Source: Smithellaceae bacterium (GTDB lineage Bacteria; Desulfobacterota; Syntrophia; Syntrophales; Smithellaceae). From it: 64,000 nt of DNA. Both the position numbers and the translations under genes were made by a program. Of the stretch, positions 18,931 through 27,264 are shown in pieces (position 1 is the first letter of the stretch; each line of letters begins with the position of its first letter). The notes beneath the pieces are model-generated. The model was given only the letters and a program-made list of their open reading frames with translations. It was not told where the DNA came from and did not search any database. The stretch spans positions 544,001 through 608,000 of the forward strand of contig CAXXVL010000001.1 of the NCBI GenBank assembly GCA_963667845.2. Direction: 5' to 3'.

Positions 18931-19935
18931 AGGTCTTCACTAACCTTCTATCCAATCCCCCCCTGCACCCTCAAGGAGGGGATACAATTGATGGTCTACA
19001 GTCTCGAACGCGGATAGAGCAAGAGCCTCCCGCGCTATCCTGCAGTGGGAAAAACGGCCGTCATTTGCTCTGACTTGCTGATCTCAATGTAGACATATTA
19101 TGACATAGCGAAAGAACAGGGGCAAATTTTTTTTCTTGATGGTAGTGATAAAAGAAACAGCAGATTATCTGCAGCACTTGTTCGGGAGCGTTCAGCCCGA
19201 TACGTACGCTGCCGCGCAAGTCTAATTCTCTTGGGGGAATTGAGTAGGGGACAATTCTGCGCGTGGCTTCTTTCCTTCTCCGGTCAACCTTACGGCTTCC
19301 GGCTTAAACTCCCGGCTAAGCGGCTGCCTCTGCTTTCTCATCGGAAACTCGTCGTTCTTTTGCAATCTTTTCTTGGCAATCGAACTGAATAGATGACTGC
19401 GTTGAGATACTTAATTTCTTAAGGGCCCCCATTCGTTTGCGTCAGTAATTCAATAATCACCACTGAAGATATCTGGATTGCCGGACGTCTCACAATGTCT
19501 TCCGTCTGACGAATTCCGGCATACTTTGGACTGGAGTCCATCTATTAATTCGACGGCAGCTTTGTGCTGAAAAACCGTATTCGTTCGGTTTTTCAGCACA
19601 AATTTCTTTTCCTCGCATGGAACATTTATTTTTTTCTCGATTTCTCTCAAGCTAACTATCAGGAATGATAGCACATAAATAATACCCATCTTTTCATGTT
19701 TATTGGCATGAATATGGCAATTTTAAAAATGGAATCAAAAGAGCGATTTCATGCATGTCTATTACAGGCTGTATTTGCGTGAAAGAGAGGTCATTTCGAA
19801 TCAACGAAGTGACTACGAAATCTAAAGATCCCTCATTGCATTCGGGATATGGATTTCTCCCTGAGGTCGCAATGACAGAATGCTGCCTTAGGGACGAAAA
19901 CACTAAATAACAAAAAGAGATAGGGGGGTTGGGTT

Positions 19936-20493
19936 ATGGATGTTAAAGGAGCGGCGATTGTTGCGATTCCCGAATTCATTGTTAAAAAGTTTGGGAAAGC
20001 AGGGTTAGATCGATGGTTGGCTGCCATTAACGAAAAGGCCCGAAAGGTTTATGGAAGTCATATTCTGATCGGAAACTGGTATCCGGTAACAGAAATCATG
20101 CATGAGCCTACACAAAAGATGTGTGATTTATTTTACCGTGGAGATGTGAAAGGCGCCCGGGAAGGCGGGCGGTACAGCGCCGAATTAGCGCTGAAAGGGG
20201 TTTATCGGATTTTTGTCAAGCTTGGATCTCCTGAATTTTTGATCCGCCGGGCCAGTAATGCCTTCACCAGCTACTATCAACCGAGTGAAATAAAAGTGGT
20301 GGCCCAGGAAGATAAAAAGGCCATTATGCACATCACCAAATTTCCGGAAGCTTCTTACCTGGTTGAAAACCGGATTGCCGGTTGGATAGAAGGCGCCCTG
20401 GCAATCAGCGGCTGCAAAAATGTCAATGTCCAGATCACCCAGTCTTTGTCCAAGGGTGCACCGTACACGGAAATAGTCGCTTCCTGGGCTTAG
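19936..20493 (+). CDS. DUF2378/TIGR02265-like (V4R/HNOB-related) hypothetical protein
   Basis: MDVKGAAI..FIVKKFG, NWYP, GRYSAE.AL.GVYRIF, GWIEGAL..SG. Confidence 0.75.
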   Translation: MDVKGAAIVAIPEFIVKKFGKAGLDRWLAAINEKARKVYGSHILIGNWYPVTEIMHEPTQKMCDLFYRGDVKGAREGGRYSAELALKGVYRIFVKLGSPEFLIRRASNAFTSYYQPSEIKVVAQEDKKAIMHITKFPEASYLVENRIAGWIEGALAISGCKNVNVQITQSLSKGAPYTEIVASWA

Positions 20494-20697
20494 AGCAGAT
20501 GACTTTTGCTCCCGAATTCGTCACCTGAACACCGTTTTCGGAATTGCCGGAATCGGTGGCAGGGGCCGTATTTAAAAATACCAATTCAGTTTCATTCATC
20601 AAACTGCTGGGAGCGTCAAGCTATTTTTAAAGATTTTGATCAGCAAAGATTGGTCATCTGGAATTCACGTGATCCGCTGCCGGCGCGCATAAAAGAA

Positions 20698-20931
20698 TTA
20701 TGACTTCCGGATGAATTCCGAACAACTGTGTACCGGCAGGAGATATTGATCGTGCAGTTTGCAGATGCCGCCATCGCCGCGGGAACTGCCCCGGACGGAA
20801 CTGAGGATGTTTATTCCCTGGAAATGCTCTTCCAGCGTAGCCGGGTCGTTATTGAAGTGATCGCAGTTTTTGCATGAACGCGAATCTGCTGTTTTCCGTG
20901 CAACAAAAGATATCGAGCGGAATATATTCAT
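20698..20931 (-). CDS. Small four-Cys HiPIP-like protein, copy 2
   Basis: CKNCDHF...GICKLHDQYLLPVHSCSEF; duplicate of 17305-17514. Confidence 0.55.
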   Translation of the reverse strand: MNIFRSISFVARKTADSRSCKNCDHFNNDPATLEEHFQGINILSSVRGSSRGDGGICKLHDQYLLPVHSCSEFIRKS

Positions 20932-21121
20932 GCGGGTATCTTATCTGATAATTTTCCCGGAATCAACAAGGACCGTTGGGCTAAGCGGGACCCTTTAAGT
21001 AACTGAGTTACAGTCCGGTGAGCCGGCAGCCGTTCTCCCGGGCGTGTTCATACCACTGTCAAAAATGCGCCGGGCCGGCAGAAGGAGGCACCTCTGCAAC
21101 CCGGCGCTTAGCTGTCCTGAC

Positions 21122-22588
21122 CTACCTGGGCGCTACAGCCACAAACAGGCTGTTGGCACCCCGTTGGACAAGCAGCAGGATATTTCCGCCTGTCTTAGCT
21201 TTTCCGGCAAGCTTCACAAACTCATCGACCGTTTTGACCGGTTTCCGGTTGACTGATTTGATGACGTCGCCTTGCTGGATTCCGGCTTCGGCAGCCGGGC
21301 TGTCGGGCCCAACTTCGGTCACAACCACGCCGGTGCTTTTGGGCAGGCCGAGCTCTTGCGCAATCTGCGGCGTCAGATTCTGCACCGTAATCCCCAGTGA
21401 GGGACGGACGGGGCTTTTCGCCGCTGCGGTCGCATTCTCCTCTTCCATTTCGCCGATCTTTGTCTGGCGTTCGATCTCTTTGCCGTCCCGAAGCAGCTTT
21501 ACCGTGACGGTTTTCCCCACCGGCGTCGCGGCGACGATCCGGGGAAGATCTTTCGAATCGCTGATGGTTTGGCCATCGAATTTCACAATCACATCTCCCT
21601 GCTCAATCCCCGCCTTATCGGCCGGCCCACCCGGAATCACCTGAGAGACGAGGGCGCCTTTGCTTTCCTTGAGGCCGAGCGACTTGGCCAGTTCCGGCGT
21701 CAAATCCTGCGCGGCAACACCCAGCAGGCCGCGAGTCACATGTCCGCGCTTCTGCAACTGGGGGGCGATCTCCTTGGCCATATTGATGGGAATTGCAAAC
21801 CCGATGCCCTGACCGGAGGCGATGATGGCCGTATTGATGCCGACGACCTCTCCCTGAAGATTGATCAGGGGGCCGCCGCTGTTGCCCGGGTTAATGGAAG
21901 CGTCCGTCTGAATAAAATTGTCATAGGGACCTGAGCCGATCACCCGGCCTTTGGCGCTGACGATTCCCGCCGTCACCGTTTGTTCCAGTCCGAAAGGACT
22001 TCCGATGGCCACGACCCAATTGCCTACTTTCAAATCATCAGAATTTCCCAGTTTGAGAGGCTGCAGGTCCGCAGCCCCGGCGATTTTGACCAGGGCAAGG
22101 TCCGTCTTGGGATCCCGGCCGACGATCTTGCCGGTGAATTGTTTTCCGTCGGCGAGCTTCACCTTGATCTCGTCGGCATCCTCGACCACATGATTGTTGG
22201 TCAGGACATAGCCTTCTTTGCTCATGATGAACCCCGAGCCGATCCCCTGCTGTCTCCTCTCGGGGGCATTGCGACCGCGGCCGCCGAAATGACCGAAGAA
22301 ATCCTCGAAAGGATCACGGTCTCCGAAGGGGCTCCCGCCGAACCTTTCAAATCCAGCCGGGCTTGCCTTTTTGCTGACCTGGATATTGACGACGCCGGCG
22401 CGCACCTGTTCGGCCAGTTCGCTGAAATTTCCCGGCACCATCGGCGATCCGGGGGCAACCACTGACGTCGCGGCGCTCTGCGTCTTGCCGGTTTTTGGCG
22501 CCGAAGACATGCCATAGGCTAATCCAGCCACCGCGCCGGCCATGATGAGGGCGATTACCAAGAGTTTGATATTTCTGTTTTGTTTCAT
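21122..22588 (-). CDS. DegP/DegQ (Do) serine protease, trypsin plus 2 PDZ
   Basis: TNNHVV, DLA, QTDASINPGNSGGPL, two PDZ domains. Confidence 0.96.
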   Translation of the reverse strand: MKQNRNIKLLVIALIMAGAVAGLAYGMSSAPKTGKTQSAATSVVAPGSPMVPGNFSELAEQVRAGVVNIQVSKKASPAGFERFGGSPFGDRDPFEDFFGHFGGRGRNAPERRQQGIGSGFIMSKEGYVLTNNHVVEDADEIKVKLADGKQFTGKIVGRDPKTDLALVKIAGAADLQPLKLGNSDDLKVGNWVVAIGSPFGLEQTVTAGIVSAKGRVIGSGPYDNFIQTDASINPGNSGGPLINLQGEVVGINTAIIASGQGIGFAIPINMAKEIAPQLQKRGHVTRGLLGVAAQDLTPELAKSLGLKESKGALVSQVIPGGPADKAGIEQGDVIVKFDGQTISDSKDLPRIVAATPVGKTVTVKLLRDGKEIERQTKIGEMEEENATAAAKSPVRPSLGITVQNLTPQIAQELGLPKSTGVVVTEVGPDSPAAEAGIQQGDVIKSVNRKPVKTVDEFVKLAGKAKTGGNILLLVQRGANSLFVAVAPR

Positions 22589-22703
22589 AATTTATTCTCC
22601 TTTGTTTCATGACTTATTCTCCTTTCGTCCGATTAGAGGCTAGAGAACAGCCCTGCTTGAAAACCATTATAAGGATCGGACTTAACGGGATGATGATCGG
22701 AAG

Positions 22704-22719
22704 ATGACCATTTGGTAAT
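22704..22719. promoter_or_regulatory. CusR/CopR-like palindromic box
   Basis: ATGACCATTTGGTAAT, near-palindrome resembling ATGACA-N4-TGTMAT, ~115 bp upstream of the protease. Confidence 0.5.
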
Positions 22720-23106
22720 GTTGGGACGGGATGCGGCGTGCAAGATTCATTCGGTTGAAAAGAAGGCAACTTCCTGTTAGCGAGCCATCAGAGTCATTCT
22801 CACGCATTCTGCCTTCAATCCCGCGGCTGCGGGATTCGACTGATTTGGATTGTCATAAGATGTAACCGATTTTTATAAAGTGGTTGTGTATTACGGGCAT
22901 GGGCCACGAGAAGAGCGATATTGGTTACGTTACCACTCCGGGATGTATGTAGTTAGGTTGCCGGGAGAGTTGAGAAAAAATAATCATCATTTCCGGTGGT
23001 CGTCCAGGGGGTACGTCAAGAAAGTGGAAAGCGTTGACGCGCCCCCTATATTCTTTTTCATAATTTCACACAACCCTTAGACGATCCGGCAATGCCCTCC
23101 AGTGCT

Positions 23107-23793
23107 CTATTTTATATAAACGACAACCAGTTCCGGTTTGTCAGAGGCGTTGTTAGCCATGTTCCAATTGCACGAGAAGTTGACCAGACTTGTTTCATCC
23201 GCATGACTCAGACGAAATTGGGAATAGCTCTGTCCTGCATTGATGTCCGCCTGTAATTTAGCCTTGACGTCGAACGTCTTCCAGCCGATCGCGTTCGTTG
23301 GCGCGGTCGCCGTAATAGCCGGTGCAACAATATACCCCCCCATTTCGTTACCGTAGTTCCTCGGAGCGGAGGGTAAAGAATCCGTGTTTCCGTAAAAGAT
23401 ATTTTCCAGGATCGCGTCTTGTGTCGTACCGCTGACGCTGTTCTGGTAGATACGTAAAGTGGCGCTCTGGATGGCGGCGCCGCTCAAAGCGGAAATATTG
23501 AAGTTGAAAATCAGTTTATAGAAATTTTGATAAGGTCTGAGTGGAGCGCCCGCGGTGCCGGTATCAAGTCCTGTATGACCAGTTGTATCCGTGCCGGAAG
23601 TATCGACCCCATAACCCCAAAGAGTGTAGGGAGATGTGTCGGTATACACTGTCCGGTTGATATAAAAACTTAAGACCGGATTCATGGTTGTGGCTTTAGG
23701 AATAATGCCCTCGTCACCTCCGCAGCCCGCGACAAGGCAAACAAAAGCAACCACTACGAATAACAAACCTGAAAAGATCCTGTGATTTCTCAT
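23107..23793 (-). CDS. Lipoprotein with DNRLRE/CBM96-like beta-sandwich domain
   Basis: VAG-C lipobox; LIFNFNISAL..AIQSATLRIY, WKTFDV, PELVVVY. Confidence 0.7.
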   Translation of the reverse strand: MRNHRIFSGLLFVVVAFVCLVAGCGGDEGIIPKATTMNPVLSFYINRTVYTDTSPYTLWGYGVDTSGTDTTGHTGLDTGTAGAPLRPYQNFYKLIFNFNISALSGAAIQSATLRIYQNSVSGTTQDAILENIFYGNTDSLPSAPRNYGNEMGGYIVAPAITATAPTNAIGWKTFDVKAKLQADINAGQSYSQFRLSHADETSLVNFSCNWNMANNASDKPELVVVYIK

Positions 23794-24174
23794 TCTGCAC
23801 TCCTTTTTTTATTATGATTAGTGATAAGAACTTGCTATTCTGACGAGGAAGTATAGGGAAAGCTCCCTCGTGTGTCAATGAAGAATTGGCCCACGATATT
23901 GGTTGGGTATAACGGATGCGGAGAGATGCACTGCGGCATTCATCGGGCATCAGGTGAAATACAGATTTACTCCTTCCATTTTACCCTGGCGTCCCAGGGT
24001 ATCTTATACCAATTGATAATCTATAAGAACGCACGGTGCAGTCTGCAATCTTGTCGTTTTGACACTTTTGAAAAATCGGCGGTCGGTTTACTTATTTGTT
24101 TTTTCCTGCAGGAGAGCATCAGGCGATTGCAATCGGCATGAATTTCTTCAAGGCGTACCCGCTAAAAGAGAGGT

Positions 24175-24202
24175 TTGACATTTAAAGGAAAAGGATTAAA
24201 AT
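24175..24202 (+). promoter_or_regulatory. Sigma70-type promoter
   Basis: TTGACA-16nt-TAAAAT. Confidence 0.6.
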
Positions 24203-24288
24203 TATCAATATAAGGATAGGGCATCGTCACCAGGTTAACGATTAATTTGAACCCTTTTTAAAAGGGTGATGCCATGAGAAGATTATTG

Positions 24289-24329
24289 AATCCCCGCGTC
24301 TCAACAAGAGTGCGGGGATTTGTGTTTTT
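24289..24329 (+). terminator. Intrinsic terminator-like hairpin in the usp leader
   Basis: aatccccgc…gcggggatt followed by tgtgttttt. Confidence 0.6.
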
Positions 24330-24422
24330 ATTAATCTGTCAATAAAACGATCATCGAAGGATGATATGATTAAATGAGTTAATAATATCTTGTTCTTACA
24401 ACAAAGGAAGGAGGATAAAAAA

Positions 24423-24845
24423 ATGTTTAAAAAGATTTTGGTTCCTCTGGATGGTTCGCAGATTGCGGAAAGCATTCTGCCCCAAGTTGAGAATTTAGCC
24501 AGGATACATGATGCAGAAGTAGTCCTTATCCGCGTAGCTTTCTCTCATGCCTTAACCAATGAGAAACTCGCAGAACGTGAGCTGCAAGCTGTTGCCGATG
24601 CAAAGGCATATCTGACCGGAGTGGAGGGAAGGTTCAAAAGCGCGGGCATTAAGGTTTCTTCACTGACTCCCTGTGGTCATGCCGCCGATAAGATAGTAGA
24701 ACACGCCAGGATTAGCAATTGTGATCTGATCGCCATGTCTACACATGGACGGTCCGGTCTGGGCCAATTTGTTTTGGGCAGCGTTGCCATTAAAGTCCTT
24801 CATGTGGCGACGGTTCCCGTCCTTTTATACAGAATCAGCGAATAA
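24423..24845 (+). CDS. Universal stress protein
   Basis: MFKKILVPLDGS, DLIAMSTHGRSG, LGSVA.KVL, PVLL. Confidence 0.95.
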   Translation: MFKKILVPLDGSQIAESILPQVENLARIHDAEVVLIRVAFSHALTNEKLAERELQAVADAKAYLTGVEGRFKSAGIKVSSLTPCGHAADKIVEHARISNCDLIAMSTHGRSGLGQFVLGSVAIKVLHVATVPVLLYRISE

Positions 24846-24888
24846 TGTTCTGCTTAACCCCATCAGCAGGATTGAAAGGAGGTCCGTT

Positions 24889-25347
24889 ATGCCATCGAGA
24901 AAATTGAAAGAGTTTCTGGACAGCCAGGCGGTTAAATACTTGAAGATTGCGCATTCACCGGCCTATACGGCCCGGGAAGTTGCTCAGTCTTTGCACATCA
25001 AGGGGCATAAGGTGGCAAAGACCGTTATTGTCTTTATCGAGGGTAAGATGGCCATGGCAGTCATGCCGGCTAACCGCTCCATCGATTTCGATCGTTTTCA
25101 GAAGGAAATCGGTGCCAAAGAGATCAAACTCGCTTCCGAAGGACAATTCAGAAATATGTTTCCGGATTGCGAGGTCGGTGCCATGCCTCCTTTCGGCAAC
25201 CTGTACGGGATGGAGGTCTATGTGGACCGGCATCTGACGGACGATGAAGAAATGTTTTTCAATGCCTGCTCCCATTCTGAACTGATCCGGATGTCTTACC
25301 AGGACTTTGAGAGACTCGTGAAGCCCAGGGTGGTAATACTTACCTGA
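24889..25347 (+). CDS. YbaK/EbsC-family aminoacyl-tRNA editing-like protein
   Basis: RBS aaggagg; HSPAYTA, VAKTVI, FPDCEVGAMPPFGNLY, FNACSHSELI. Confidence 0.92.
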   Translation: MPSRKLKEFLDSQAVKYLKIAHSPAYTAREVAQSLHIKGHKVAKTVIVFIEGKMAMAVMPANRSIDFDRFQKEIGAKEIKLASEGQFRNMFPDCEVGAMPPFGNLYGMEVYVDRHLTDDEEMFFNACSHSELIRMSYQDFERLVKPRVVILT

Positions 25348-25511
25348 GCGTTTTCCTCTTCTTCTTTTTCAGTAGTGGCACCGGAAAAAACAGGACGCTG
25401 CCGGTAAACAAAGGAGGACTTATGGAAAAGGGAAAAACAAGAATACTGACAGCCCAGGACAAAAAGCAAGAGAAAAATTAAATCGTTGAGTAGATGCTAA
25501 CCATGACATTA

Positions 25512-25730
25512 TTTATTATTTAATGGCCGACCCTGAAGAGTGCAAAAAATATTTGATGCGGGATCACGTGCCAAGGCAGCGTCATTTTTACCGGTACTTC
25601 CGGCAGCCAGGAAGGCTGATGTCGCGATAGCTATAAAATATGGCGGGAAAAAGCTGGTTGCCGTGGTGGTTATATAGCTGTGATTGGCCCAGTCATAAAA
25701 TGTCCAGGATAATATTCTCTTACGGTATCA
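25512..25730 (-). pseudogene. N-terminal fragment of an Atg22/UMF1-type MFS transporter
   Basis: Hand-translated *YRKRILSWTFYDWANHSYITTTATSFFPPYF.., bounded by in-frame stops. Confidence 0.7.
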
Positions 25731-25860
25731 GGAATCGGATGCAGCATCTCCATTGTGTTGTGATCTTGCATAGCGGGCCTTATGATGACATTAAATAACA
25801 TCTGTCATGAGGAATCGCCTGTCCAGAATCCTCATATGATATATCTCGACCGATGAATTG

Positions 25861-27264
25861 CTAAGGCATCTCCTTGATGATTATTTCCGCGATCCTCCGA
25901 TAATCACCGCCAAAGTGATGCCCGTCGACGAGAGGTATGATTTTAACATTTCCCAACCCCGTGTCCCTGCATAAGGTATCTTCTTCATTTATTCCGAAAA
26001 GGCAGAGAGTTTTTATCCCCCGCAGATTTTTCATTTCAGGCAAAAGGGGATAAGTATTACCCTGGCCTGTACCGCCAATCCATTCAGTGAAGTGAAATTC
26101 AAATTCTGCTTCATGGCTGGGACCAATAAGAGCAATCAGCGCAATCTTTTCTTTCAATGAATGAGCAATTCGAGCGGCAAGGAAAGGCATGACGTCCGCA
26201 CCCATAGAGTAGCCTATGAGGATGACCTTTTTCATATTCCAGGCCCGTGAATAATGATCAATGATGCGTTCCAGATCACGGGTTGCCCCCTCCGGTGTGC
26301 GCGGCTTCCAAAAATAGCGCAGAGCGTCCAACCCCACAACGGGTATGTTTTTTTCCGCAAGAACCCGTGCAACTTCCCGGTCGACGCCCGCCCAGCCGCC
26401 GTCACCGGAAATGATAATTGCAAACGTATCTTTTTCTTGATGATCGGCCTTCACTTCCACCAAAGGGAGGTCTTGGAGATTATCGTTTCGGGGTACTTGC
26501 TCCGTGTAAGGATTATCATAAATATGTAAAATGGTTTTTCGCAGTTGCGGCAGCCAGTTTCGCGTCACGGAGAATCCATGTCCGACTTTGGGCAGCAGAA
26601 CCAATTCGCCATTTGCGACTTGCGATACATATTTTTCCACGTCAGCTGCGTTGCAGACTTGATCAATCGTTCCCTGAAAGGCAATCCAGGGGGACGTCAG
26701 ATTCTTTGCGGGAAGAAAAATGTAACCTTTGCCTTTTGCGCCTCGTGTCCATTCGAGTCCATACCCGCGGCATAAAGGCTTATTCAACAGGAGGTCCGGA
26801 CAAAAACCCATGCTGACGGCAGCAGAAAAAGTATTGGGCGGTGACTGGGCAAGCACGGCATAGACCAATGTCGCTCCCGAAGAGTATCCCAAAAGGAGCG
26901 GCTGCATATAGTTCGGGAAATTGAACTTCTTTTGAATATATTTGCTGAGTGCTTCGAAATCTGCTGCGGGGTATGAACAATTTTCTTGCGATGAAGAAAT
27001 TCCTCTCAGGTAGTGGCGGATATCAATCCCGGCGACCAACGCATTCATTCCGGCAATCTCTTTTGCGATATCCACAACCCCTTTGTTCCACCCGCCGTCG
27101 CCGGATACGAAAAGAACTACTTGCGAAGGGCGGGGAGCTGTCTTGTAAATGGTGACATCGCCGAAACGCCCGAACCGGAACGTTTCTTGAGAAAGGGCAT
27201 TCCCTGCCATTAAGAAAAATATCACGCCGGCCATTATCAATTTAATTCTTGTTTTCGTTTTCAT
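25861..27264 (-). CDS. acvB: AcvB/VirJ-family lysyl-phosphatidylglycerol hydrolase
   Basis: Signal peptide; two SGDGGW motifs, GYSSGA and GYSMGAD, GHHFGGDY; ATGA overlap with mprF. Confidence 0.92.
   Translation of the reverse strand: MKTKTRIKLIMAGVIFFLMAGNALSQETFRFGRFGDVTIYKTAPRPSQVVLFVSGDGGWNKGVVDIAKEIAGMNALVAGIDIRHYLRGISSSQENCSYPAADFEALSKYIQKKFNFPNYMQPLLLGYSSGATLVYAVLAQSPPNTFSAAVSMGFCPDLLLNKPLCRGYGLEWTRGAKGKGYIFLPAKNLTSPWIAFQGTIDQVCNAADVEKYVSQVANGELVLLPKVGHGFSVTRNWLPQLRKTILHIYDNPYTEQVPRNDNLQDLPLVEVKADHQEKDTFAIIISGDGGWAGVDREVARVLAEKNIPVVGLDALRYFWKPRTPEGATRDLERIIDHYSRAWNMKKVILIGYSMGADVMPFLAARIAHSLKEKIALIALIGPSHEAEFEFHFTEWIGGTGQGNTYPLLPEMKNLRGIKTLCLFGINEEDTLCRDTGLGNVKIIPLVDGHHFGGDYRRIAEIIIKEMP

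Noticed and set aside
19450..19903. Short minus-strand ORFs between nrfA and the DUF2378-like gene
   Set aside because: No RBS or motif; partly overlap a REP-like palindrome at 19790-19876
22880..23080. Possible transposase C-terminal remnant
   Set aside because: No recognisable catalytic or HTH motif; resemblance too weak
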